DNA from: Paramecium tetraurelia
Lineage: Eukaryota
Assembly (NCBI GenBank): GCA_000165425.1
Contig: CT868659.1
Coordinates: 186,001-250,000 of the forward strand
Reading direction: 5' to 3'
DNA: 64,000 nt
The notes under the pieces are model-generated. The model was not told the origin of the DNA and ran no database searches. It was given only the letters and a program-made list of their open reading frames with translations. Of this stretch, positions 27,635 through 42,185 are shown one piece after another. The position numbers were made by a program, and so were the translations under genes. Numbering within the stretch: position 1 is the first letter of the stretch; each line of letters opens with the position of its first letter.

Positions 27635-29463
27635 TCATTTAGTGAACATCATATCCTAAAATTATTGTCTTTTGTTATTAAATTTATCCTATCCTATTGA
27701 TTCCATATCGAACAACTTAGGTTGTAAATAAGGTTTAGGAATTACCAATTGGAGTTGCTTTTTGACTGTCTATTTGAATCTTAAAACAGGAGGTTCAGAC
27801 TATTGTCTAGGTTACATCTTGATATTAGATAGTTTGTTGACTTTGGCACAAACCTGTTCATCCTCTCCGTGAACATTGATACTTTCAGGTCTCAGGATTT
27901 TTTGAAGCTTAGGAAGATTATTAGCAGGAGTATTGGGTTTGAATGGAGCTCTGACCACATTATTCTTAATCTATTACTGTTATTAAGGAGTTTAGGTATT
28001 CTTCTTCTAATTTCGCTTGATGTCTAAAAGATACATTAAATTAATACTTGTTCCAGTCCAGCTGTCTTATAGTGATGAAGCAAACTCAATATATTAATCA
28101 TACTCTTGAGAGTCTTCGAGTGGATAAATCTTAACATAATCTCCTAAATGTGAGTTCTCATAGTCATTCCTCTACTATTCCTATTATTTCATTTGTGACA
28201 TCTTCTCTTCCATTGTCAACTTCACTTTTTTGCCTGTCAATACTCTCTGCTGGAGAGATTCCTTTCTAGATGCAATTATTTATTCTTTAGCTTTGAGACT
28301 GACATTCATTAATTTCAATGTGTCTCTAATAAGATTTTTCTTAATCATAGAATCAAGGGGAGTATCTGTAGTGAAACTAGGAGTATGATTAACTTCCAAC
28401 AAGATGGGTTATAGTTTGTGATTCAAAAAGATATCAAATCCTAAGATTTCAAAACACATATTATTAGCATAATTATCTGGTTGACATGATCTATAATGAT
28501 GACTCAATATTGGTTGCACAGCACAAAAGGTTTTAATAAATATCTCATTCATATCTTACCAGAGTTTCTTAATGTCACGACCTTCCTCTTCTAATTTAGC
28601 AAATACTGCCTTAATGGATCTCTTATGTCCAATGTCCATCCTACTTGCATCTTTATTAAATACGAAATTTGGATTCTCTTTATTAATAGCATAATTGGTT
28701 AAATGCATACACATATCATCTAAATTTGATGTATTAGGGGGAACATATGGTTCAGTGGCAAATCTGACTAAGCCATCTTAATAGACATAGATTCGCATAG
28801 GGTCAGTTCCAGCCAATAAAACATAAACTCTCAAATCAAATTTCAAACCCTCTATCAGGAATGGCCTGAGTAAATATCTTTATGCTACATAATGATCATT
28901 TGGATTGATGTCATTTAGATTTCTGGTCAGGAATATCCCTCTCCCTTAACAGCTCGCTTCAGGTTTAATTATGAATGTTCTAGCTTTCCCTTTCACGAAT
29001 TAGGTTTTGAAGTCACCGTATTCAGCTGGCAATAACCAGGTTTGAGGAAAGAATTTGTATTCTTGAGTGAATTGTTTACGCATTTTCATAAGATTTCTTC
29101 CGAGATGATTCTTACGAGCAAGAGAATACATTCCTGGAAAATGATTAATTTTTTGGTAAGCTTAAGATTTATATATAAAAATACGTTGCATTTTCCCAAG
29201 AGTCTCAGGTTGAACAGCTGTGTCTGTCCAAAACATATCCCAATTGGTAGCATCAGACTCGTATTGTAAAATCCATTTGAATAGCCTCTTGCCTACAAAT
29301 TTCACAACATCATATTGAGTATCTAAAATTAGGAATCTACTTATTAACCTGATACATTCATTATCAAGGTTGTCTTCTTCTTAGAATTGTTATCTTCAGT
29401 CTGACTATCACTATCTTCAAATTCCCCATTAAAGTGTGGTTCTTTTAGTTATTATTATTTCAT
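27635..29463 (-). CDS. Tubulin polyglutamylase, TTLL6-like
   Basis: INHFPGMYSLARKNHL, FIIKPEASCQGRGIFL, KFDLRVYV, MHLTNYAINK, CFEILGFDI, LLEVNHTPSF. Confidence 0.92.
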
Positions 29464-29473
29464 ATTAATATAA

Positions 29474-30230
<757 letters not shown>

Positions 30231-30256
30231 ATCTAAATTAAATTATGTCATTTCTC

Positions 30257-31596
30257 TCATTTTAAACGATTACATGCGTCTTATATGGTCTCTGTTGTCT
30301 TACAAAATGCCCATCTCACAAATCTAGAACCCAACTCCTTATTCTCAAAATAAGGAGAACAAGGGATACACACTACTCCAATTTCACATGCCGTATAGTA
30401 TGCAAAAGCAAAATCTTTAGTTAGTTGATGACCATCTTAATCATCTTTGAAATATTTCTCAGGTATTTCTACATCACTGATGTCAGTAACTAAAAAGTAT
30501 CCTCCTTATGGAACCCAACAATGTAAATTCAATCTACTCTCAAGTAAACCCTTTAGTAACATAGTTGATTATTCTTCATATAAATCTCTGATTTCTGTAA
30601 AGTATTAGCCATCAATAGTTTATTCTAAACATTTTGCTGTAGCAGTTTATAATACTGGATTCAAACAAAAGTTATGATAGGTTTACGCAGATTTGATTGC
30701 TTTGATATATTTTTCATCTCCCATTGCAAATCCAATTCTTAATCCTGTAGCTGAGAACATTTTACCAGCACTTGTTACACATACAGTTTTAGATTTTAAT
30801 TTTGGATGAGTAATACATCTAGGATATGAAAATGGCTAATAACCACCAAATACAACATGATGATATGCAGCATCTTCGCACACTATTATTTATGGATGTT
30901 TTTCTAATATTTCTGCCAATCTATCTAATTCTTCAATTGAAAACACTCTAAATAAATAACAATTATTAAATTACTTTCCAATTGGATTTTATGGTGAATT
31001 CAAAATTATCATTTTTGTCTTAGCATTTAACTTTTATTCAAGATACTCATAGTCCAAATGCCATTCGTCCTCTTTGGAAAATTTAATTTTGCCATTCTCA
31101 AATCTGTTCAATATGCTAGCCTTACTATTTAATTGGCCTGGTTTTAATGGAACTCCAACGTGTTTGGCACCTTGGAATTCAATCAAAGGTCGATAAAAAT
31201 CTCGATATCTTTTTAATAAATACCAAAAGCAGGGTCAAAACATATGACTTCATCATTTGGATTAAGCAAAGCCTGGAAAACACATGCTAAAACTGATTGT
31301 GCACCAGAACTTGCAACCATCTCTTTTGCACTATCCACTTTGACTCCCATGTGCTTTTCAAAAAAGTCAGATGCTGCTTTCATTAATCTCGGGTGACCAG
31401 CTGTCATTGTATATTGCAAACTCTCTGTTAAAGCTTCTTCTGCAATTGCTTGTCTTAAAAATTAAGGTGGTGGGAAATTCGGAAATCCTTATCCCATATT
31501 GACGCATGAATTCTTCACAGCCAATTATGTAAACTTAGCATACATCTATAATTGAAGATAAGGTGCCATACGATCAGCAATAATATTATCTTGCAT
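30257..31596 (-). CDS. Class I/II PLP aminotransferase, kynurenine aminotransferase-like
   Basis: VNMGQGFP, QYT..GHPRL, ILNSPQNPIGK, TSAGKMFSATGLRIG (PLP Lys), PQGGYF. Confidence 0.9.
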
Positions 31597-31750
31597 TCTT
31601 AAAATTTAATATGATTATAATATAAAATACTAATTAATTGTTGTTCAATATTTCATATATCCACTTAAAATTTATGTAGTAATTGATAACATCATTGTTT
31701 AATATATAATTATTAGATAATTAATTTTTTGTTTTATGTAATCAGATCAC

Positions 31751-32332
31751 TCATTGCAATTCACCACAATCATATATTTCAACCTTTTTTGAAGGTCTTC
31801 CTTATTAAGTTCCACAATATTCAATTGCATTTAACACTTCTAATCCGGAGGCAACTTTTCCAAAAACTGTATGTTTTCCATTCAACCATGGACATGGGAC
31901 TGTGGTGATGAAAAATTAAGATCCGTTTGTATTTGGTCCAGCATTAGCCATTGATAAGAGTCCTGGTGTAGTGTGTTTTAATGTGAAATTTTCATCTGGG
32001 AATGTCCTTCCATAAATTGATTCTCCACCTGTGCCATTATGATTAGTAAAATCTCCTCCTTAAACCATAAATGATGGAATAATTCTATGGAATGATGAAC
32101 CCTTATAATGAAGAGTTTTTCCAGATATCTTAGATACAGTATCACCAATACACAATTTTCTAAAATTTTCTGCTGTTTTGGGTGTGGCATCTGCGAATAA
32201 CTAAATTTAAAACATTCAATTTACTTCAAAGATGATTCTACCGCTTGGGGCATTATTAATGGAGATATCGAAGAAAACCTTTGGATTTTTAGTTGTGGCA
32301 GAAAATGAAAATCTAAATAATTTAGTAAACAT
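31751..32332 (-). CDS. Cyclophilin-type PPIase with mitochondrial presequence-like N-terminus
   Basis: [59 protein letters not shown]. Confidence 0.95.
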
Positions 32333-32416
32333 TTTTATTATTACTAACAAATTTATGTTGTTTTCATAAAATTTTCTCTTATTATTCATTTCTGATCAAT
32401 ATATTAAATATGATTA

Positions 32417-33401
32417 ATGAGTATTAATAATATAGCTCTCTTGAAACTTGTTATAATTGAATAGAAAATGATTGAATAATAATTTTCATAACCTTGAACA
32501 ATAATTATCCATAGAAACATATTCATTTTAGAGAATTAATAGAAAATATAAAATCTTGTTGATTATAAATATCTAACTATTTTTAGGATTATGTTTATAA
32601 TGCTGATTCTATGTTGTTTCTATGAATTCTTGAAATTTCATAAGCATGATCTCTTAATCTGATAATTCTAGTCTATCAGAGGTGTAGTTTGTATTCTCAT
32701 TGAATTTTTAATTGGTTTTAGAATTGATTAGAAAGGAAATTGATTTTCTAAATAATACAGAAATATTTTGTAAATATTAGAATTTCTTAAATGTTATCGA
32801 GTAATTTTACATCATACCTAGAGAATGTAGACAAATAAATAGCGAATAATGAATTAGATTATGAGTAGGCAACTGAGATGATCTCAAAATTAAATCCATA
32901 GAGTTTGATGGAGAGAAAGGAGTTAATGTAAATAAAAAAAAGAGTGCAATAATTGTAAAAAGACGAAGCCAAAGAAAAAATCAAAGAAAATTTAAATTCG
33001 CATATCTTTTTATTAAGAGAACTATTAGAAAAAAGCAGAAATGTCAATAATTGTGTTGAGAGATATAAATTATTAAGTGAGGCTGAGGAATAAAAAAAGA
33101 TTACAGAAGCTCTTATTTACACGTTAAATTAATACAAGGATCACATTAGTTAAAAATTCGTTGGGGATTGCAAAAAGGTAATACTTGAATATGAAGAAGA
33201 ATTAAGACAATCATTTGTATCTGCAAAAAGAGAGGAGGCAATCTTCTTGACAAATTAGAAAAGCTTTGCTCAATCTATGTTTGTTAGTGAAATAGAATAT
33301 GGTGAGAGACCTATTTCATTAACAACGAATAGATCCATGAGAGCAAAAATAAAATAATATTTTATTAAAGTATTAGGATGTCTAACTACTTCCAATCATT
33401 G
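32417..33401 (+). pseudogene. Hypothetical gene with intact 3' frame (~32791-33401) and apparently disrupted 5' part
   Basis: ~200-codon open frame ending VLGCLTTSNH*; upstream coding-like sequence has TGA in all frames. Confidence 0.35.
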
Positions 33402-33779
33402 AATAAGATAAGGGTATAAATGTAATTGATTTAATATTATCTGTTTAATTATCTTAAAATTTTTAATTCACGAAGAAAATAATTAAGGAAAATGATCTAA
33501 AATAATATCTTCTCTGTATTAGTAATAATATATTTGTTAATAAGTAAAGGAAAGGAAAGTAAAGTTCCTTTTGGCACATATCAATTGTTAATAAGAATTA
33601 TTAACAATTGAAATATCAGATTCTATTTTTATATCAAATTGATTGAAATAATATTCTTGTGATTTAGAGTTACTTTTACGTTGTTTTTTGAGTAGTGATG
33701 TAATTTGAACATTTTTTGGTAGGTAATGAAAATATTTTATCGAAAAATGAAATAAATAGTGAGTTAATTATTTTATAAA

Positions 33780-35522
33780 ATGAAAGCACCCACTCACAGG
33801 TGCCTACTATCAAGTTTAATAGAGAGTAATGAAAAGACTACTCGTTAAGCCAAGACACATGAGTCATTCGAGAGACTGAAGTATTCTTAGCCACAAACTG
33901 CAACTCCCAAAACCTAAATGACTAACAGGAAAAGCAAATAGATGAGTTTAGTGCAAGTTCAGCAACTAATTTAGTAACCTCTTCTGCGAAAGAATCACAC
34001 AGCATTGTCTGAGGTGCCTCATACTTGGAACACGAGCAGAAGCATAGAGAAGACAGTGGATTTGCTTGCTATGCCTTAACATAAACGTGTCAAGTGGCTT
34101 GAAAAATAAAAATCTTTGCTTGCTTAACAACAACCAGTAACCGAGCGTGTTTAAACAAGTCGTATTAAACAGATGGCAACAGCTACGAATTATAATAACT
34201 TTCTAAAGAAATTCAATGGGGAATAGATGATGCTAATAGATAAAACTAAGACAGCAGCAGTGCCAATTTAGAAGGTACAAAATGAAACTTAAGAAAATAA
34301 AGAGAGGTAGTTTGTTTTTAAGCAACCGTTGCGTATAGTAAAGGGAATGAGTGAACACATGCTTAGAATGAAGAGTATTAGTAGACAACATGAATCAATA
34401 CGATCTCCTCCAAGAAAACTTTCGAACCCTCGTTACGAATTAACTAATGCGAATAGAGTTCGCTTTTCTAAATATTATCAAGATGATAGTTTGAAGGTGT
34501 TGAAATCTCAGAAACGAGACCCGAATTTAATATTTAAGGAGTTGCATATAGAAGATATCCAATATACTGATTTGGACAGAGCATAGAATCATCCCATAAA
34601 TATTGCCTTATTCAATATGTTAAAAGATGAGGAAATCATTCTAAGTAATTTATTGATTGTATTCAGAGTAATAGTAACTTGAGGAGGCAGAAAAATACAC
34701 TGCTCAAGAATTGATAAAATAGAGATAGGAAATTGAAAGATTTGATGAACTCACTCGTTAAGAGTATCATCGGAAATGCTACGTAGATTTCAAATCCAAA
34801 GCTATTAATTCCAAATATCAATACAAATAAGTCCATTTAGATTAGTCCTTATTAGAAGTATTTCCAAAAACTGAGATTGCAAACCCAGAACAATAAAAAA
34901 GATTGAGAAGACAAAAAATATTGAACATGATAAAGATGCTCTTGTTCAGATTACATGATCTGCATCTCAACCTTGAAGATCTCATTAATCATAGAGTGTA
35001 CCCTCTCACAGCATATAGTCACGAACGAGCCAAATTGTTCTTTGATTTAGTAAAATCCAACAAGCTTGAACTAACACATAGGGAGTTGCAAGAGAACAGG
35101 TATTTGGTGTATGAATTTGATTCATCCAAATTGACTCCTCTTCATCATGCAGTCATTCGTAATCATGTTGAGATGGTTGAATTGCTTTTGGAATACCATG
35201 CTGATGTGAATCGGAGAGATATTGTACTTATCATTCTATTATCCAGCTTGGAAGAACTCCACTCTTCTTTGGGATCCGCTCTGGTAACAATGATTGCGTA
35301 TAGCAACTGCTGTATCATTAAGCAATTCCTTGGTCTAACAAGAAGAATCAATACGACCTTTATTTGGACATGCTCAACGACAAAGTGAGAGATCAGTACC
35401 GTAAGGCTAAAAATGTAATAAATTTATCTTGATTATCAAAGTACCATCTCTAAATGCAAATGATGCCTCATACGAAAAGAGCTGCCTTCTGGATGGAGAG
35501 AAGATATTATTTTACTTAATGA
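33780..35522 (+). CDS. Ankyrin-repeat protein with long low-complexity N-terminus
   Basis: LTPLHHAVIRNHVEMVELLLEYHADVNRRD..GRTPLF; tiny introns. Confidence 0.85.
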
Positions 35523-35639
35523 ATAGTATAAATATATAAACATTATCTATCTTTATAAATGTTTATGTTATATAAACAGATGAAATTTGATTAGGGTCTT
35601 ATACTCCTGAATAAATTATACTAAAAATTCTAAACACAA

Positions 35640-38583
35640 TCAATGTTTTTTCTTTTGTCTTATCTTCTTATCATGTCTCTAGTGAATTTCCATCTTCTCC
35701 TTTCTGTCCTAAGCCAAATTCATATCTCCAGTCTTCAAAGCAATCAAGTCTTCTCTGTAATTACTATCAGATGCCAGAGGATAATCCTCGTATTTCAACT
35801 TATAAGGAAAATGCTTGAACCAATTCAGCACTTCCACCCCGTCAATTATCATTCCTGTTGTCCATCTACCAGTTATATTGGACAGCTTATCCTGTTAAGG
35901 TAATGCCTTGACTCCTTGATATTTGCGATAGGTTTCTAGGTTGAATTTTTAAACATCCTTAACAGATCCCTTGATAATATATCCTTCAATGTAATCTTGA
36001 GGAGTGACCTTTTTACTAAACATTCCAGGAAAGGCATTGACTGTGAGATCACAGAAAATCTTGTTCTCCAAATCAACTAACCATCCAACTCCATTATAAT
36101 AGAACTGTCTATGTCCGATTGTCATCCCTTGGATAACTCCTGGCATCACATTGAATATGATTGATGTGGTATTTGCAAATGTGACTTACAAATACCCATA
36201 GTTCTATCCTGTAATTGAATTAGCACTAAAGTTTGCCTACGATTCCAAATGGCCTGTTAATTTAAAGTTTCTACCAAGCACATACAATCCTAGAACTGGT
36301 GGATGATGAGAAATCTGTTCACAACACAATAGATTTCCATTCATGTAACCCTAAAAGGTTTCTCCCAAAATAGGGTTGAAAGGTTTCTCCATATTTAAAA
36401 ACATTATATTATAGGCAAGAGAGAATTAAGCTACCAATTTCATTTACTCAACTGGGTCCTATAATTCACCTGCCTTTTCTAATAGCCATATATAACCCAT
36501 ACTATAACAAGCTCTCTCCAGATTAGATCTTCTCTCGAATATATTAACAGGCAAAGAAATGCTAATCAAAGATTTACCCATCAATAAATTGGATCCCAAC
36601 TTCTTTAGCATAAATGTAATGACTTCTTTCTAGATTTCAAGTTTCTTTTTATTTATAAATCTCAAACCACCTTTCTCTAGGATTTCCCAATCACTTTGCA
36701 ATATCACATTTTTATGCTCTGCAGTTTCTGTATAATAAATATTATCCGGTTCCAATGGTGTCAATTAATAATTATGAATTGCAGACCAATAGATTATCCC
36801 AGGGTTCTTTGATACTAACTCCAACAATTAGAGATAGTCATTTTTATTAATCAATTCTGGTTCATCATCGAGGATTATTTGAGACTAAAATTATTTGCAA
36901 TCCACGTCAGACAACGAGGAATCCATCTAGACTTCAATCACTCTTTAAGGTTAATATTATTCTATTATCTCTACATTTAGTGGTTCCTTAGTAGCCTCCT
37001 CTACTATCTATGGAATTGGAATCTTAAACTGCTTCTATATCAAATAAGAATCTAAGTTCTATAATTCTGAGACATAATGTAAAGACAGTTAAGCATCATT
37101 TGCATATCCTCCATTCTTAGTTTCTGTTTCCCAAATTATCATCACTTATTGTTATTATTATGGAATTACAGCTATTATACTCAATTAAATTTATCCCTCA
37201 AATTGATAGCCATTCTATATGTTATTTTGATACGATAAACTCTTATCGACAATGAAAAAAGCATCTTTATCTTTGAAAACATATCTTAAATATGTATAAG
37301 ATCGTTTCAAATAAAGCAAACCGTACTTCTTTCGCATCTCAGATATTATCATAGAATTGTTGTTAAGCATAATGTCCAAAATTATAGTCTAGTCTATCTA
37401 TGTATTCCATTATTTCATGACATCTGGACAAACCAAGGCTGACACAATTGGTATTATGTTATCACTAGTTATGTTCACAACGCCTTTAATTTTTTCTTAC
37501 TACGTTTTATGTTGCAATAGTCTAGTATTATAGCATAAACCAATACCTCAATTTGTTTTTAAAACTTATTAATTGATATTCTGAATCATCCATCAATCTA
37601 TCTAATGAGAAGAGCTACTTATTATGTAGTATATTTTGCAGAAGAGTTGGAACCTTGTTTTCAGATTGGGGCATAATTTATGAAACTTGTTTTACATTTT
37701 AGATAGAGATGACAGACACTGATTATTCCTTCTCTATTACTTATTACTTCTAATCATTTGACCTTTGAGCACTACTTTCATTTATTGGCTTTGTCACTTA
37801 GGATTAGGTTTTGTGATGTGTCTTCAACTTTTCATCAATCATATTTTAAGGCTTAGATTGTACTATTTCTGAACGCTTTTAAGGATATAAATTTAGTGAT
37901 TGACTGAAATCTTCAGATTGTCGTTAAAATTATTTTTATTATCTTTGTTTAATAATATTATTATCATACTTTATTTTTTTTAATTAGTCATCATCAATAA
38001 ATGCACAACATTGTCTCAAATAATTAAACCATCTTTCTGCTTATTAGAAATCCTCACTTCCAAACAAGAATGTCTCCTTTCCACACAGCTAAAAGCAATA
38101 CTTGGTCTTCATCGATTCACACCTTTATAAATATGAGAATAATAATACCATTTTAGAGAAAAATCTTACAGTGGCAATTACTTGTCTCTCTTCTTGGGAT
38201 CATTCCTAGATATCATGAGTTTACGATCCATCATATTTAACTTTAATATCTTATTATTCCAAAACCACCCTGACTTTTTTTTCATTTCAAGACGACCCTA
38301 TACTTCATCTTCAGAATAGATAAATGAGTTCACGATGTCGATATACATTCGAAATTTAACAGGAATCGATGGATTAATTAATTAATGAATCTCTTCTTCG
38401 GACAATAACTCCGCTTTCCCAAACTTGTGATTGTCGATTGATGCTTATAGAACTTGCAATTTTTGTTACACCTTCGCTGGCACTCTATCAGGGTAGTCTA
38501 ATTTATTCATGCACTCTACTTTAGATGAATCTCTGCAGCTTTTTTACACAATCAATATATTATTTTTGAACCTTCTCTTCCAT
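35640..38583 (-). CDS. Oxysterol-binding-protein-related protein with PH, START-like and ORD domains
   Basis: PH: GRLEMKKKSGWFWNNK...FLFGSEDFQQAERWFNYL; START-like: KGVV...VMKQWNTQI...RSYTYLRY; ORD: SISLPVNIFE, KPFNPILGETF, EQISHHPP. Confidence 0.85.
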
Positions 38584-39520
38584 TATATAATTAAGAATAA
38601 ATAAATAAATAACAAGGAATTCTATAAATTTATATCATATATGTCCTTTACTTAAATTCTTAACAATTGCTATTCCTCTTCACCCAATAATTATATATTG
38701 ATTCTACAAGAAAATATCAATATCTATCAATAACTCATCTATAATATTTATTATGTTTCTTAAAGAATATAAAAATTCTCCATTTTTATTTATAAATTTC
38801 AATCTAATAATATGTTAATTTCACATCAAATCAATACTTGAGCTAGTCATGGACTTAACACCTATTTATTATATTTATTTCATATGTTTTAAAATTATTT
38901 TGAGTGGAATAAAATATATTAATTAAATTCCAATCTGATTTACATGAATATTTATATTGAAAAAATCAATATTTATTTTGGACTTTTAAAGACGAACAGC
39001 CAATGTTCATAATCTTTAATTTGACCCTTCTATCTAGGTTTTGGTGAATAAAATTCAATAAAATTTCAATGGTAACTAAATTACTTCTAATTAAGAGGGG
39101 TAAGTTTAATTTTTATTTAAAAATTATTAATATTCATCTTAATAAATTTTAATAAAAATTTCTCTATTAATATTATCAAAATTATTATGTGTATTCGATA
39201 AATAGCAAATTAAAGGAGCTCAAATAGTCTAAACGAACTACTGACATCAAGTTGCATTTTATTAAATATGATTATATCTATTCGAAGTGGCAAAGGAAAA
39301 TTAAATACTAATAATTACATAATGTTATAAAAAGTATTCGATCCTCTTAACAAATAATTTTTTTGATGATGTAAAACTAAATTTTTTTAAAAAGTCTATT
39401 ATAAAACATTATATACTGTTTAATATATAAAACTTTATAATAATTATTTATTTTATTCTGCTAATAAATGAAGTACTGCAAAGCTTAATCAATTTTCACC
39501 AAAAAAATAAGTTTCATCTT

Positions 39521-40076
39521 TTGAGTCAAACATTATTTTATGTGGTAAGTTTATCCAACCTTAATGTTTTTAAATTAATTAACTGCGCAGTACTAAAATT
39601 ATTGGTATGTAATAAATTTGGTATTAAGTGATTAGGTATAAAATATAAGAAGTTTATATATAATAAATATCATTTGTTTTACTAGTCTTAAATAATACTT
39701 GGCAAATCTTCTTAGAGCAAATTAAAATAAGAAAAGTAATCGTTGAATACAAATATATTTATCAATTTTTTAGATCGTTTAATGGCTCTTTTTGTGAAGT
39801 AGATATATTTCGAGTTGATTTAATTAATTTTTTTGGGGAAATGGATGTTAAGTGGCGAAACTAATTTCTGATTTATTTTCCAGGTCCTTAAATTTTATTG
39901 TGTTTATATTTGAAGGTTGGAGTACTTATTTCTTATTCTCTGTTGAGTTGAACAACCATGTGCTCTCTCTTAACTGAAAAATTAATCTTCTCTAGTTCCA
40001 GGAGGTCGAAATCCAAGTTTTGAGTTTTCAAAGAAGTGACTGGTTGATAATTCAGATGACACATTATTGGCTTCAT
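39521..40076 (-). CDS. Possible hypothetical protein
   Basis: Open frame from MKPIMCHLNYQPVTSL in code 6; only the first half looks coding-like. Confidence 0.3.
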
Positions 40077-40293
40077 CAGTATATTAATGTTAAGATAGTT
40101 ATGGAAATGATTAATTATGTTTAAATAATTGATTTAGGAATTTAAAAGATTAAATTTGGGATAAGATAATGGGTATTGGTTATGCAATTTTATTTAATTA
40201 TATAGGTCTTAAGGTTAAGATATTAAAATTAACACTTTATTAAATATAGAGCCCAGTAATAATTATAATAATTGTAATAATACTATAATAAAA

Positions 40294-40604
40294 TCATTTT
40301 TATAGTTAAAATTTTGGAAGCTCAATATTTTGTATGTTATTAACTTTAAGGAGGCGCATATAATAGCTGGTCTATTCTTCATAGAGTTCTTTCCACTTTT
40401 TAATCTACAAAATAGATGGGGGATTTAATTTACTAAAAGGTCATTCTTTTTTCGAATGGATGAACTCCTACTTTATTATTGTGTTTGACGGGTTGGAACA
40501 CTATAGAAGCGAGAGTTATTGGTGATTTCGTTAATTTGCAATTGGGGTTTGCGACATTGTTTTTTATCTCCAAAGGTGGGTGTTTATGGTTTGATGAGGA
40601 ACAT
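40294..40604 (-). CDS. Small basic hypothetical protein (~93 aa)
   Basis: MFLIKPQTPTFGD...; one intron restores frame to IKKWKELYEEQTSYYMRLLK...K*. Confidence 0.6.
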
Positions 40605-40637
40605 TTATATATATATAATTATTTATTTGTAATGATA

Positions 40638-41759
40638 TCAATTTTTCTTAACTTAGGCCATCTTACCCCATCCTCTAGCAATGGTGAGGACATTTGCGAT
40701 TCTCTATGATGAATTAGAGGGAGATTATTACTTTGATTTTCTTGGAGGCACGATAATCTTTGAGTTTGGCTTGAAGATTGACAATAGATTTGTGGGTGTT
40801 ATTGAGGAGCCAGGGGTGTTTAAGGATTTTGTCAGTGGTGAGTCTTTTGGCTGGGTCAATGGTCAAAAGGCCTTTGATTAACTCCTTGGCTATAAACATG
40901 ATATTAGGATTGAACCTTCATTGCTAATTTGATCCCAGTAGGGTGATGGGAAAGCAAAGGTTCCCGTTTTGATCATTTAAAAGAGCTTGTCGTTATCTTC
41001 GTCATAGAAAGGGGGAAATCCACACAACCTTGAATAAATATTCACCTTTTTACATGATATAGAGAATAACACCGACAGACCAGAAATCGATGGCTTCTGT
41101 GTATCCTTTGCCATTGATGATTTCGGGAGCCACATAACCTGGAGTACCACATTGAGTCATCATGACTTCTTCTGAACCAACGAAACGAGCAAGTCCGAAA
41201 TCACTAACTTTTAAGAGGGCTCCAGGTTCCATGGTTGAGTATAGTAGATTTTCTGGTTTGAGGTCTCGATGCACAATTCCCATTTTGTGACAATAAGCAA
41301 GTGCATCAATAATTGGTCTGAGTGTTGCAGCTGCTTCCTTCTCACTAAAGTGATCTTTTTCAACTATTCTCTCAAATAGCTTAATGTGATGATGGAATAT
41401 TGAATACCTCTCCGCCAGTCATCAATTCCAAGACCATATAGAAGTATGTGTCATCTTCATAAATCTCATACAATTTCACAACATTGGGATGATCAATCTA
41501 AATATTTATTAATTGTACTTGAGTAAGGATTTCCACTTCTGTTTATAAGGCTAACAGGTCTTCGTTTGATAAGGTTTTCCCTTCAATCAATATGGATCAA
41601 ATACTTGTTAATTATTTTTCACGGCGAAATGTTCACCTGTGCTCTTTTTGACAGCTCTCTTCACAATTCCAAAGGCTCCCCTTGACTTATATAATTTCAA
41701 TACTCTCCCAAGGTTTTCTCCAAAGTGTATACTTTGTTAATATCTTCGTTTCCTTACAT
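40638..41759 (-). CDS. Ca2+/calmodulin-dependent protein kinase (CAMK1-like)
   Basis: [28 protein letters not shown]; basic CaM-binding-like tail [17 protein letters not shown]; several introns. Confidence 0.92.
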
Positions 41760-42185
41760 TAATTATATTATTTATAAGTCCAATTTTATAAGCTGTTTCC
41801 ACTATTAATTTATTTCTAGAATCCGTAAATGCTTCACAAATTCACACTCTAAAGTCTATATTGGCAATCACAAATTGAAAAATTTAAATCTTTTGATTTT
41901 TAAATTTGCCAGTCCATACTAGACTATTCGATCTTTAATATGATTAAATTCAATAGACATAAATATTGCTTAGATCGGGACAAGTGAATTTGAAATCAAT
42001 TTATAGTTATAATAGTTAATAAATACAAGACTGTTAATAAAAGAAGGGGGGGGGATTAAAATAACGAGTAGAAATTGAAGGAGTGAAGGGAATCAGATTG
42101 AAAACTAACAGAAAAGGATCGAAAGAGTAAAAGAGTGATGAGTAAATAAATAAAAGAAAAATGAAATATTAAAAATAAATATATA

